Assembly: GCA_965602905.1 (NCBI GenBank) | Contig: CBFCZY010000016.1 | Span: forward strand, 2,280 to 66,279 | Reading direction: 5' to 3' | Origin: an uncultured bacterium | GTDB lineage: Bacteria; SAR324; XYD2-FULL-50-16 | Length of the DNA stretch: 64,000 nucleotides | In this document: piece by piece, positions 36,358-45,865 of the stretch | How positions within the stretch are numbered: position 1 is the first letter of the stretch | How the letters are laid out: each line of letters starts with the position of its first letter | Position numbers and translations under genes: made by a program | The notes under the pieces: generated by a model | Databases searched by the model: none | What the model was told of the DNA's origin: nothing | What the model saw: the letters and a program-made list of their open reading frames with translations, nothing else

Positions 36358-38685
36358 TCAGGGATTGTGAAGTAATTTGGTAAGGGTATCTATGAGCTTT
36401 AATTTTTCTAAAGGCTTTTGCAGGAAGGATGCAAAGTTGACGCTATCGATACGGCTGTGGAGCTCGTGTTGTTGGTAGGAGCTTAGAGCAATGATTATAG
36501 ATTTAAAATTGGGCTGTTGCTGCAACTGTTCGGTCGCCTCAATGCCATTGAGGATGGGCATATCTATATCCATAAAAATAAAGTCGTAGTCCTTTGCCTT
36601 GGCTTTTTCAACGGCCTCCAAACCATTTTCAGCTACATCAAAATAGATGGAAAACTTGAGGAGGGTGTTTGCTGTAGTTTCACGGTGTAGCGCGTTATCA
36701 TCGGCAATCAAAACCTTGAGGCCGCTAAAATCAATGTTTTCCGCCAAGGTTTCTTGGGCTTTCGCCTCTACCCTTGGTAACTGGAACCAAAAATTGCTCC
36801 CCTGGCCTAGGGTTGAGTCAACGCCGATGTGGCCCCCATTTTTTGTAACAAATTCTTGGCAGAGGATTAACCCTAAGCCTGAGCCAATATTGTTGGCTGT
36901 GTCGGGGCTGCTTGCCACTTTTTCATCAATTTTAAAGAGGCGATCTAGGATCTTTTTTTCAATCCCTCGGCCATTGTCTTTAATAGATACGTGGGCTTGC
37001 CCATCTTTTTCTTGAGCGCCAATTTCAATGGTTCCCTTTTCAGGGGTAAATTTTACGGCGTTAGATAGTAGATTCCGAATGACAGTTGTCACCATGGATA
37101 TATCGGCATGAACAGGCAAACGCTGACCTAGCCTCATCTTTAAAGTGATGTGCTTTTGGGCCGCTTGGGGCTCTAAAAAGTTCACCACCTCTTCAATGGG
37201 CTGATTTAAATCAAAATAGGTCGGTTGAACTTCTAAGTGGCCCGATTGACTGTGCGCCCAATCTAAAAGATTGTTTAGCATTTGGCTGGTGCTTTTTGTA
37301 GTTCGCTGGGCGGCTATAAATAGGTCTTCTTCAAGGTCACTTGCCGACTTTAATACATCGTTGAAGATCACAGAAAGGCTGCCAATGGGCCCACGTAAAT
37401 CATGGCTAATGATAGAGAAAAACTTATCTTTGGTATCATTGGCTTCTTTCAGCTCTAAGGTCCTTTCTTTTACTTTACCTTCTAATTCCAGCGCATAGCT
37501 TTTCCCTGCCTCTACCAAGTTTTTTTGAGCGATAATTTTTTCTTTTGAAAGGCTGTTGATTCGGTCGGCTAGGGCAATAGAAAATATAATAAGCTCGACC
37601 AAACAGAAAAACATCTGGAAAAAACTACCCTCAGTTATCGTCAGGTCGACCAAAGGGTAACCGACGAGCATTAAATTCATCAGGGTATGGGCGATCAAAA
37701 ATCCGATCCAACCTAAAAAGAAAAAGACAACAGGCCGTTTTATGTATTTGTAGCATAATAGGCAATTGCCGATCAGAACCACAGGCAGAAATTCCCCCCA
37801 TATGAAAATGGTATCTGAGATGTAATGCAGTGGAAAAATAAATAACAGTAGGAATAACAAAAAGTTAAAAGAGGCATAAACTATATTCACCCTGTGCCAG
37901 CGGGGGCAGTGAGTTTTTGTATGTAGCAATTCCGTGGAAAAGAGCACGATTAAGGAGGCCGTGAAAGCGCCGCTACTGAATCCAATAAAGGGGTTTTGCA
38001 TGGGTTCCCAAAGGTAGGCCATACCGAGGCCTGAGATGGAACCCAAATAGACACCTAAAGAAAGAGTAGTGCCTACATAAAACAAATAGCTAATATCACG
38101 GAGCGAGAAAAATAGAAAAAGGTTGTAGGCCGCAAGAGCAAACAGCGCCCCGTAATAAAGTGTGATGAGGATTTGGGTTGCCAGTTGATCTTCCCAATAT
38201 TCTTCTTCACTACTTAAAATAAGTTCCAAGATAAAACCAGCCCCATGGGGGGCGGCGCTGCTTGCGTAAAGGTCGATTTTCTGGTTTGGCTCTAAGGTAA
38301 TTTGGTAGAGTTGTTCCCATGAGCCCTCTCTCCAAAGATCCAGTTTCACAGGTTCACGGCCTTCTTGGTGAACCCAGGCATGGGTAATATGATTGGAAAG
38401 GCTAACTTGCAGAATTCGCTTTAGGGCTTTTGCAGAGTTGTTTTCTAATTGCACCTTAAACCAAGCGGTATCAAAGCTGATGCCAATAATTCCAATACGA
38501 CGATTCCAAGGTTGAAAGCGTTTTTGTGTCTGTTCCTGTAAAACGTGGTTTATTTCTAGAGGTTTTTCTTTTGCTTGGAGAAAGTAACTCCCCGTGTGGG
38601 CTAGGTACAGTTGTTCCTGCTCTATATTGAGAGCCTGAGCTGAAATAGAGAAACTAAATAATAAAAGAAAAAAAACTGTTCGCAT
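36358..38685 (-). CDS. 7TMR-DISM hybrid sensor histidine kinase/response regulator
   Basis: Signal peptide MRTVFFLLLFSFSISAQA (ATG 38685; the track starts at TTG 38712), an extracellular DISMED2-like domain and seven TM segments. The H-box is FFSIISHDLRGPIG, the N-box is VIRNLLSNAVKFTPEKG and a G-box is GSGLGL. The C-terminal REC shows VLIADDNALH..DFIFMDIDMPILNG. Confidence 0.85.
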   Translation of the reverse strand: MRTVFFLLLFSFSISAQALNIEQEQLYLAHTGSYFLQAKEKPLEINHVLQEQTQKRFQPWNRRIGIIGISFDTAWFKVQLENNSAKALKRILQVSLSNHITHAWVHQEGREPVKLDLWREGSWEQLYQITLEPNQKIDLYASSAAPHGAGFILELILSSEEEYWEDQLATQILITLYYGALFALAAYNLFLFFSLRDISYLFYVGTTLSLGVYLGSISGLGMAYLWEPMQNPFIGFSSGAFTASLIVLFSTELLHTKTHCPRWHRVNIVYASFNFLLFLLLFIFPLHYISDTIFIWGEFLPVVLIGNCLLCYKYIKRPVVFFFLGWIGFLIAHTLMNLMLVGYPLVDLTITEGSFFQMFFCLVELIIFSIALADRINSLSKEKIIAQKNLVEAGKSYALELEGKVKERTLELKEANDTKDKFFSIISHDLRGPIGSLSVIFNDVLKSASDLEEDLFIAAQRTTKSTSQMLNNLLDWAHSQSGHLEVQPTYFDLNQPIEEVVNFLEPQAAQKHITLKMRLGQRLPVHADISMVTTVIRNLLSNAVKFTPEKGTIEIGAQEKDGQAHVSIKDNGRGIEKKILDRLFKIDEKVASSPDTANNIGSGLGLILCQEFVTKNGGHIGVDSTLGQGSNFWFQLPRVEAKAQETLAENIDFSGLKVLIADDNALHRETTANTLLKFSIYFDVAENGLEAVEKAKAKDYDFIFMDIDMPILNGIEATEQLQQQPNFKSIIIALSSYQQHELHSRIDSVNFASFLQKPLEKLKLIDTLTKLLHNP

Positions 38686-39127
38686 TGACTTGGTAGAGGG
38701 CTGGTGAGTCAAACAAAGATTACAAACTCTTTAAGAATCTGATCTGTAATTTGTCATACTTAAGGATTGATTACAATAGCCCCAATGAAAAATCAATTTC
38801 CTCTTAAATTGGCCACAGGTATAGAGTAGCAGGAAAATAATTTGTTTTGGTAGGTAGGGGCATTTTTCATAGCGATGCTCATTTATTGAGGCCTGTCTTG
38901 GTTATGAACTCAGGCTGTTAGCTTAGCCCAATTTAGGTGACTAAATCAAGCAATTATTGGCGGCTAGCCTTTGGTGTGACCTCTGTAACAGGGTAGCTAC
39001 CCCCATTTTTTGAAGCCTATTCTTGGCTGTTGAGGTTCGCTGGTAGATCCTTTATAAAATGCCTTAGTATATTGGGCCTTTTTTATATGGCCTCCCTGCA
39101 AGTTACAGGAGATTAAAAAGATCTAGA

Positions 39128-39157
39128 AAACCAAAGAAAAAGCATAATAAGATGCTT
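39128..39157 (-). terminator. Weak candidate intrinsic terminator downstream of the corrinoid-linked kinase operon
   Basis: On the minus strand: AAGCAT-CTTATT-ATGCTT followed by TTTCTTTGGTTTT, about 108 nt after the kinase stop. The stem is only 6 bp. Confidence 0.3.
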
Positions 39158-39264
39158 AAACCACCCAAAAGGAAAATCTGATCTAGACCTTTAGGAGGTT
39201 TTTAAGTACCAAGTTTAGCGCCCAAGGAGACTCAAATCCACTAAGCTGCTACCCCTTATTGCTG

Positions 39265-41589
39265 TTAGTTGGGACTATGGTAGTTAGTGAGAATTTGGTA
39301 TAACAATTGTGGTTTGACAGGTTTGGCTATATAGCCATTCATCCCACAGGCTAGGCAGGCTACTTTGTCTTCGGCAAAGGCATTGGCTGTCATGGCTACG
39401 ATGGGAATAGCAGGGTTCCTTACCGCATTTACCCCTGCACGGATGGCCTCGGTTGCCTCAAGTCCATTCATAACGGGCATTCTAATATCCATTAAAACCA
39501 GATCAAAGTCTTTTTTCGCTAAGATATCTAAGGCCTCGGCTCCATTTTCTGCAAAGCCCAGCTGAACCCCAACTCGGCTTAGCATCTTTTCAACCAGCAT
39601 TTTACTCAATTTGTTATCGTCTACGACCAACACAGTTAGGCCTGTTAAATCAATATGAGTTGGATCGACTTCTTTTCCTAGATGAGGGTCTTCTGTGGTG
39701 GGTAAAGTCAAAGGGAAACTAAATTGGCTCCCTTGGCCAAGCTGACTCACTAGATCTATTTTGCTACCCATTAGCTCTACTAAACGCTGGGAAATATTAA
39801 GGCCCAGACCTGTGCCGCCATATTTAAAATGAATATCCAAATCCGCTTGGGCAAAGCTTTTAAAAATCTTCTCTTGGGACTCAGTTGCAATGCCAATGCC
39901 TGTATCTATGACGGTAAATAGAAGGGTAACCTGTCCATTTTCTTCCCCTAAAGATTTTACATGCAAATCCACTCCCCCTTGGTGAGTGAATTTTAGAGAG
40001 TTGGAAAGAAGGTTGATCAAAATTTGATTCAGCCTAAGAGCGTCTCCCATTATAAATTGAGGCAGGTCAGGGGTAATGTTTACAGTAAAGCTCAGCCCCT
40101 TTGCATTAAACTCCTTGGCAAATAAGGACTCTAGAGACTTTAAAAAATGAGGTAAGTCAAAGGGGTGTTGGTCTATCTGTAGTTTCCCTGATTCAATTTT
40201 TGCGAGATCTAAGATGTCATTGATCAATTCCAAAAGGATTTGGGAGGATTGCAATACAATTTCTAAATTTTGGGTCTGGTCTTGGTCTAAGGGGCTGTCT
40301 AAGACCAAACTGGTCATGCCCATGATCGAGTTCATAGGGGTGCGTAGATCATGGCTCATTTTCGCTAGAAAATCAGATTTGGCTCTATTGGCGAGTTCAG
40401 CCTCATTTTTGGCCTGCAATAGATCTTTGGTGCGCTCGGTAACCCGTTGTTCTAATTTCTCATTCATTGTCTGCAATTGCGCCTCAATGTGCCTTTGCTC
40501 CTCTAGGCTAATGGACAATTGCTGTTTAGAGTCCTCTAGCCTTTTATAGGCCCTGCTACTGGCAATGGCCATAGCAAGGACAGGCGTGAGACTTAAAATT
40601 AGATTAAGGTAGTGGCTTTGGTGCTCAGGGTGCTGTAAGCCTGCAACCTCTAGTATAGCCAAGGGTTCTTCTTGGTAGGTGAGGGTAACTTGGAAACCCT
40701 TCTTGGTTATCAGATAAGATTTTGGCCAATTTTTAGGTTCATTGCTTGCTTCATTGGTTGCTTTAGGTGGCTTAGTGGTATTGGGCCAACCTTGGTACCA
40801 AAGAGGCGCCCCTTCAGACCAAGCCTGCAAGCTAATTTGCTGGGGGGCGATTAAAGACATGACCAGTTGAATCAATCGTTGGGCCAAGTCCTCTTCAGGT
40901 TGGTACCCCGCTAGACTGGTAAAGAGGTCCATCATCATAGCATATTCGGCTAATTTAACCGCCGATGATTTTTTAGTTTCTTTTAACTTTTTCCCAAGCT
41001 GTTTGTGTGTTCTTTCATCTAAAAGATGTTGAATTTTTAGTTTAAGGAAGCTGGTTCCAAGGGGAATTCGCAAAACAGGGATGTCTAAAAACTCACCAAA
41101 GGCAATTAGTTTTTCTTCAACATTGGGGTAGCAGAGACTATCAAAAAGCACCAAGATGCTGGTTGATTCTTTAAAGAACAATTGTGCCGTTTCTTGGTCG
41201 AAGCCCGTGCGAGAAATGTAATCTTGCCACTCGTCAATCATGCCTGCCGAATAGATATGGGCGCCCTGAGATAAGTAGTATTCACTTAGGCTTTCAGGGG
41301 CTAAGAGGTTGAAACAGTGGCCTGCAATGGAGCAAATTTGCACGTCAGGTTGCAAAAGTGATTCAGGTTTTAACTCGGCAACGCAGGCACTACTAATGAC
41401 AAGCGTATCCCCCTCATGGTCTTGAGCCTGCTCAAAAAGCGACTCTAATTTTTCCCGACCTTTACTAGGCTGGTCGTATTCTAAAGGCAGGCTAATATTT
41501 ACAAGGTCTGGATCTCCTAACTCCTCTAGGACTTGGGTCATTTCTCGTGATAGGTAACCGCAGGTCATAATACGAAGTGGCTCCTCCAT
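39265..41589 (-). CDS. Cytoplasmic hybrid sensor histidine kinase/response regulator with an N-terminal DUF1638-like domain
   Basis: 774 aa with no TM segment. The ~200-aa N-terminal Cys-containing domain ([34 protein letters not shown]) is tentatively DUF1638-like. A GAF-like region and a coiled coil follow. The H-box is [18 protein letters not shown], with HATPase motifs [12 protein letters not shown] and GGTGLGL. REC shows [35 protein letters not shown]. Its ATG directly abuts the upstream stop (TAAATG). Confidence 0.85.
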   Translation of the reverse strand: MEEPLRIMTCGYLSREMTQVLEELGDPDLVNISLPLEYDQPSKGREKLESLFEQAQDHEGDTLVISSACVAELKPESLLQPDVQICSIAGHCFNLLAPESLSEYYLSQGAHIYSAGMIDEWQDYISRTGFDQETAQLFFKESTSILVLFDSLCYPNVEEKLIAFGEFLDIPVLRIPLGTSFLKLKIQHLLDERTHKQLGKKLKETKKSSAVKLAEYAMMMDLFTSLAGYQPEEDLAQRLIQLVMSLIAPQQISLQAWSEGAPLWYQGWPNTTKPPKATNEASNEPKNWPKSYLITKKGFQVTLTYQEEPLAILEVAGLQHPEHQSHYLNLILSLTPVLAMAIASSRAYKRLEDSKQQLSISLEEQRHIEAQLQTMNEKLEQRVTERTKDLLQAKNEAELANRAKSDFLAKMSHDLRTPMNSIMGMTSLVLDSPLDQDQTQNLEIVLQSSQILLELINDILDLAKIESGKLQIDQHPFDLPHFLKSLESLFAKEFNAKGLSFTVNITPDLPQFIMGDALRLNQILINLLSNSLKFTHQGGVDLHVKSLGEENGQVTLLFTVIDTGIGIATESQEKIFKSFAQADLDIHFKYGGTGLGLNISQRLVELMGSKIDLVSQLGQGSQFSFPLTLPTTEDPHLGKEVDPTHIDLTGLTVLVVDDNKLSKMLVEKMLSRVGVQLGFAENGAEALDILAKKDFDLVLMDIRMPVMNGLEATEAIRAGVNAVRNPAIPIVAMTANAFAEDKVACLACGMNGYIAKPVKPQLLYQILTNYHSPN

Positions 41590-42624
41590 TTAGCCCTCTC
41601 CTAGTGGGTATTTCCCCCATTTGTGGGCAGCGGCAACAATTTGATGAAGGACAGAGTCTGAAACTTGCCAAGGGATTTCCCCGTGATTATCGGCCAAGAT
41701 AAAACCACCGCCCTGGCCTGCCTTGGTGATGCAGGCTTTTACATTTGCCTCAGTGGTGGCTTGGTCCCAGTTGCGCATCTCCACACCGTTTAGGGTGCCC
41801 AAGATCGAAATCTTATCTTTGCAAGTTTCTTTTAGAACGACCAGATCATCTTCCATGCTCGCTCCTAAAACCGCAGCGCCTGACTGGGCAATATCACCTG
41901 CAACGGCCAAGCTTCGGCCCGAAGCCAAGTGAGTGGCTACAGGGCCATTTATGGCGGCAATCGTTTTTTGGGCGACAATATAGCCTGTCTCTAAAAATAG
42001 CTGTCGTGGTATGATTGTCGGTGAGGCGATAGGGTCAAAATAACAAATAGCCGTTGCCCCTGCTGCTAGTTGAGCGTTGGCCCATGCAGTACTAAAGGCT
42101 TGGTTTTTTTCCATTAAGCGCCAGAAGACGGGCCTGTCTTCTAGCATTAATTGCAGGTAGCCCTCAAAACCCATTTGCATGACTGGAATAGAAAAGGGTG
42201 AGATCGCAACGGCGATGATGGGCGCTTCATCCCCTTTTTCTTTGATGATGCGGATGGATTCTAAAACCTCCATTAGTGGCCGTGAGTCTTCTACTGAAGG
42301 TGGTTGAAACTTCTCAAGATCATCCAGGGTAAAGATCGGCCTGCCAGCATTGGGTGGGCCATCGGTGCGAAAAAGAACATCCCCACCCATAGCTTGCGTT
42401 TCAATGGGAGCATAGAAAAAGGGGTAGTAGCAATCATGCTGGAATTTTTCTTTCATCCGCAATTGCCCCTCTGCGACCTGTGAACCTTTAGAGAAGTAGT
42501 CCTCAATGGAAAGATCTAGCTCTTTGGCCCCATGCATGGTCAAAAATAAAAACACAGGAACACGATCAGGTTCTTGGTGGCCAAGGGTTGTTAGCACTCG
42601 CTGTAAGGAAGTCATTTCGCTCAT
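41590..42624 (-). CDS. Uroporphyrinogen-decarboxylase (URO-D) family protein, MtaA/CmuA-like corrinoid methyltransferase homologue
   Basis: 344 aa. LQRVLTTLGHQEPDRVPVF is the typical URO-D/MT2 N-terminus, and the protein has (beta/alpha)8-like length and pattern. At the position where I expect the MtaA H-x-C-G zinc motif the sequence reads THLASG. ATGA overlap with the corrinoid-protein gene. Confidence 0.7.
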   Translation of the reverse strand: MSEMTSLQRVLTTLGHQEPDRVPVFLFLTMHGAKELDLSIEDYFSKGSQVAEGQLRMKEKFQHDCYYPFFYAPIETQAMGGDVLFRTDGPPNAGRPIFTLDDLEKFQPPSVEDSRPLMEVLESIRIIKEKGDEAPIIAVAISPFSIPVMQMGFEGYLQLMLEDRPVFWRLMEKNQAFSTAWANAQLAAGATAICYFDPIASPTIIPRQLFLETGYIVAQKTIAAINGPVATHLASGRSLAVAGDIAQSGAAVLGASMEDDLVVLKETCKDKISILGTLNGVEMRNWDQATTEANVKACITKAGQGGGFILADNHGEIPWQVSDSVLHQIVAAAHKWGKYPLGEG

Positions 42625-43262
42625 GGGGCCTCCAAAATTAATTTTTCAAGTGCGCCCACTACTTCTGAGGCCGTGCCTGCGGTTGCAGTGGCCCCAACTT
42701 CTTGCCAAAGATTTGGGTCAAGGCGAAAGGGAGCCCCGCCCACAAGGATCTTAATGGGGTAGTTTTCTTCCTTAAAATGCGCAACAAGTTGCCCAACGGC
42801 GAGGGCGGAAGGCAGCATTAATGCAGAGATCAGTAGGATTTCAATCTCTTCTTTTTGAACTCGATGGGCTAAGTCCTTTACCGCAACCCCAAGGCCAAAG
42901 TCTTCCACCTTGTAACCTGCGGCGCCCAAAGCGGACTGGACAATCCTTTTACCTAAACCATGGAAATCTTCCAAAACAGCAATGGCCATTTTTGGCTGTG
43001 TCGGTTTTTTCTGGGTCCCACTTGAGGCAAATTCGCCAATGATCTCTTCACAAATGCGCCCACTCATATAGAGCTGTGAAAGAGCGGCATCCCCATTTTC
43101 CCAGTCATTGCCAATGGACTCAAAGGCTTGAACCAATAAATGCTCTGCTTTTTCCTGAGAGTTTTTGGCAATGGCCTCATTAAGGATATTGCGAACCTGA
43201 ACTCTTTCAATATTGATCAGAGCTTCTTTTAGCTCTTCTATTTCAATGGATATTTGCACCAT
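42621..43262 (-). CDS. Corrinoid (cobalamin)-binding protein: B12-binding_2 helical cap + B12-binding Rossmann domain
   Basis: 213 aa. It carries the full base-off/His-on signature: EDFHGLG (DxHxxG), ISALML (SxL) and VGGAPF (GG). The N-terminal ~85-aa helical cap domain resembles MtaC/MtmC/MetH cap. Confidence 0.8.
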   Translation of the reverse strand: MVQISIEIEELKEALINIERVQVRNILNEAIAKNSQEKAEHLLVQAFESIGNDWENGDAALSQLYMSGRICEEIIGEFASSGTQKKPTQPKMAIAVLEDFHGLGKRIVQSALGAAGYKVEDFGLGVAVKDLAHRVQKEEIEILLISALMLPSALAVGQLVAHFKEENYPIKILVGGAPFRLDPNLWQEVGATATAGTASEVVGALEKLILEAP

Positions 43263-43402
43263 TTTACTTTTTTGATTGAGGTACTCTTGAGGATGGGAAC
43301 CTCGTCTTTCTTCAGGTTCCTTTTAGGATTACTATACACATAAATAGCCTTAGAAGCAATTCTTGGCTCATCTACAAGGCAATGTTTTTGGAAGATAGGT
43401 CC

Positions 43403-43924
43403 TTATCGACGGTTCAAAATTCGACTTAGGGCAACAGGCGTGATGCCAAGGTAAAGAGCAATCTCCTTTTGGGGGATTTTTTCTAGCAGGTCAGGTGTTC
43501 TGTCTTTGATCAAATCAAAGCGTTCTTGGGCCGTGCAGCAAAGAAATTCGTATTCTCGTTGCTCTTTTTTCAAAGCCAGCTCTAAGAGAAAATTAAAGAG
43601 GGTTCCTGTAATTTCCTTTTCCTCTAAACCCAGCTTCATGAGGTGGGAAAAGTCGATTTGAATGAGTTCTGACTCTTCATAGCAAAGAAGCGAGAAGGAA
43701 TTCCCTTGGCCCTTGTATGCCGCCTTTAAGCTACCCATTACATCTCCAGGAAGTAAAAAGGACTTGATCATTTCCTTCCCTTCTAGGGTCAAATAGTAGG
43801 CTTTTAGTAACCCTTTTTGGATAAAGTATAGAGCTGTGTCTTGGTCCCCTTGCCGAAAAACATGGGCACCCTTTTCCATGAGTACAGGTTTCCCATATTC
43901 TTTTAGATAACCTTTAAAATCCAT
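43403..43924 (-). CDS. Crp/Fnr family transcriptional regulator (cNMP-binding-like domain + C-terminal HTH)
   Basis: 173 aa. Shows VFRQGDQDTALYFIQKGLLKAYYL (beta-roll) and a C-terminal QKEIALYLGITPVALSRIL HTH. No N-terminal Fnr Cys cluster is present. Confidence 0.75.
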   Translation of the reverse strand: MDFKGYLKEYGKPVLMEKGAHVFRQGDQDTALYFIQKGLLKAYYLTLEGKEMIKSFLLPGDVMGSLKAAYKGQGNSFSLLCYEESELIQIDFSHLMKLGLEEKEITGTLFNFLLELALKKEQREYEFLCCTAQERFDLIKDRTPDLLEKIPQKEIALYLGITPVALSRILNRR

Positions 43925-43929
43925 TCTCT

Positions 43930-43941
43930 TAACCTAGGTTA
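43930..43941. promoter_or_regulatory. Perfect 12-bp palindrome TAACCTAGGTTA in the divergent crp-like/SDR promoter region
   Basis: Read directly, 6 nt upstream of the crp-like ATG. A function as an operator is inferred only from position. Confidence 0.3.
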
Positions 43942-44002
43942 ATTACCAAACTTTTGGCTGACTATAAACTAGGAATATAGAACAAGCAAACAAAGGAAAA
44001 AC

Positions 44003-44734
44003 ATGGATTTAAAAGCAAAAAATATTGTGATCACAGGGGGAACCCTAGGGATTGGCTTGGAGATGGTGAAACAACTTTACCCAAACAATAATCTTTTGGT
44101 CATTGCCAGTAATGGGGAGAGGTTAGGGGCGTTAATGGAAACTTTCCCAAAGATTAAAATCCAACAATTGGATCTCAGCCAGTTATCACAACTTACTGAA
44201 GGCGCTGAAAAAATCATAGAGCAGATGCCGCAGGTGGATCTTTTGATAAATAATGCAGCCGTCCAATATACCCCCCAGTTTTTAGATGCTCAATTTGAAT
44301 ACGAAAATATTGCACGAGAGGTGACCATTAATTTTACCTCGCTTTGTTGTTTATGCCACCTTCTTTTGCCCTCAATGCAAAAGCAAAGTCGCTCAGTAAT
44401 TTTAAACATAAATTCAGGCTTGGCTTTGGCTGCGAAAAAAAGCTCTGCAATTTACTGCGCTACCAAGGGGGCGATGAATCTCTTTTCACAGTCCCTAGGT
44501 TACCAGTTAGAAGGCAGTAATATTAAAGTCTTACAAGCTTTTTTGCCCTTAGTGGAAACGGGTATGACTAAAGGGCGGGGCCAAGGGAAACTCACCGCTC
44601 CTGTGGCCGCAAAGGCTATTTTACAGGGACTTAAAAAAGAGAAAAAAGAGATTAATATTGGCAAGGTGAAACTACTGCGCTGGATACTAAGGATCAGCCC
44701 CACTTTGGGCCATAAAATTTTAAAGGGGAGTTAG
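44003..44734 (+). CDS. Classical short-chain dehydrogenase/reductase
   Basis: 243 aa with ITGGTLGIGLE (TGxxxGxG), NNAA and YCATKGA (YxxxK). Confidence 0.8.
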   Translation: MDLKAKNIVITGGTLGIGLEMVKQLYPNNNLLVIASNGERLGALMETFPKIKIQQLDLSQLSQLTEGAEKIIEQMPQVDLLINNAAVQYTPQFLDAQFEYENIAREVTINFTSLCCLCHLLLPSMQKQSRSVILNINSGLALAAKKSSAIYCATKGAMNLFSQSLGYQLEGSNIKVLQAFLPLVETGMTKGRGQGKLTAPVAAKAILQGLKKEKKEINIGKVKLLRWILRISPTLGHKILKGS

Positions 44735-44736
44735 TG

Positions 44737-45177
44737 ATGAGGTTTGTATGGACGATTTTTTTAATCCTATTTTTTTGTGAGGGGGCTATGGCTCAAGATT
44801 ATATTGTAAAGGTTAAGGGCATAAAAGCGAAGCTTGGGGGCAACCTCATCTTATTTGTTTTTGGTGCCGAGGGATTCCCGAAAGAGCATGACAAAGCCTT
44901 AGCTCTTTTTACGGTACCCGTAACAACACAAGAGGTGGCAATCGCCTTTCAGAGCGAAGAGCCAGAGGTTGCCTTAAAGATTCTCCATGATGAAAACGGA
45001 GATGGTAAGGTGACCAAAAACTGGACTAAAATCATCCCGAAAGACGGGCTTGGCTTTTCCAAGGGGCAAAAAATCACCTTCCAAGGCGTGCCGAAATACA
45101 AAAAATCCAAGGTGACAGCGCAGGAAATGCAAAGTGGGCTGGAAGTAAATCTACATTATTATTCAGGAGAAAAATGA
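44737..45177 (+). CDS. DUF2141 domain protein (secreted)
   Basis: Signal peptide MRFVWTIFLILFFCEGAMA. ILHDENGDGKVTKNWTKIIPKDGLGFS matches the DUF2141 core (HDENxNGKLDxNxxGIPxEGYGFS). ATG 44737 is preferred over the track's GTG 44734 on RBS spacing. Confidence 0.65.
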   Translation: MRFVWTIFLILFFCEGAMAQDYIVKVKGIKAKLGGNLILFVFGAEGFPKEHDKALALFTVPVTTQEVAIAFQSEEPEVALKILHDENGDGKVTKNWTKIIPKDGLGFSKGQKITFQGVPKYKKSKVTAQEMQSGLEVNLHYYSGEK

Positions 45178-45836
45178 AATCACTACTTAAAATTATCTTG
45201 ATTCTCGGTCTTGCTTTTGCTTCGACTTTTGTAATTGCCAAGGCGACAGGCTTTTTAAATGTGGAGCAATTAACAGGCTGGGTGATAGATTCTAAAGAAA
45301 ATGCAACGGCACCTGTAGGTTTACTGATTAGCCTTTTATTGGCAGCAGACTTATTTATAGCCGTGCCTACCCTGAGCTTGAATATACTATCTGGATACCT
45401 ACTGGGCTTTGTACCGGGGGCTTTGTATGCTTTTGCTGGGATGCTTACAGCTGGGGTTCTCGGCTATGGTATCAGTAGATTGGTTGGGGAAAAATTACTA
45501 AAGTTTATTTTAAGAGACGAGGCAGACCGCAGGTCCGCAACAGAGCAATTTAACAGGTACGGATTTGTGATGATACTGCTGGCTAGGGCAGTGCCCATTT
45601 TACCAGAAGTAACAGCCTGCCTCGCGGGCATTACGAAAATGCCTTTTTGGAAGTTTCTTCTTGCATGGTTGCTCAACTCCATTCCCTATGCTTTTTTGGC
45701 TTCTTACGCTGGTTCCATCAGTACATTAGAAAACCCTAAACCCATGTTATTTACCGCCATGGCCATTAGTGGCCTCTTGTGGCTCGGTTGGTTTTTATTG
45801 CAAAAGAAGATCAAAAAACTCCATCAATCCAACTAG
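45174..45836 (+). CDS. TVP38/TMEM64 (VTT/DedA-related) family membrane protein
   Basis: 220 aa with ~5 TM segments and a VTT-like core (GYLLGFVPGALYAFAGMLTAGVLGYGISRLVG..RAVPILPEVTACLAGITKM). ATGA overlap with the DUF2141 gene. Confidence 0.7.
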   Translation: MKSLLKIILILGLAFASTFVIAKATGFLNVEQLTGWVIDSKENATAPVGLLISLLLAADLFIAVPTLSLNILSGYLLGFVPGALYAFAGMLTAGVLGYGISRLVGEKLLKFILRDEADRRSATEQFNRYGFVMILLARAVPILPEVTACLAGITKMPFWKFLLAWLLNSIPYAFLASYAGSISTLENPKPMLFTAMAISGLLWLGWFLLQKKIKKLHQSN

Positions 45837-45865
45837 TCTAATTTTATGGGCGGGGGATCTAAAAC

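Noticed and set aside
43263-43402. Looked for a cobalamin riboswitch upstream of the corrinoid-protein gene
   Set aside because: No B12-box-like core was seen. The only structure is a 7-bp hairpin (GGAACCT..AGGTTCC, 43296-43320), and 140 nt is short for the riboswitch.
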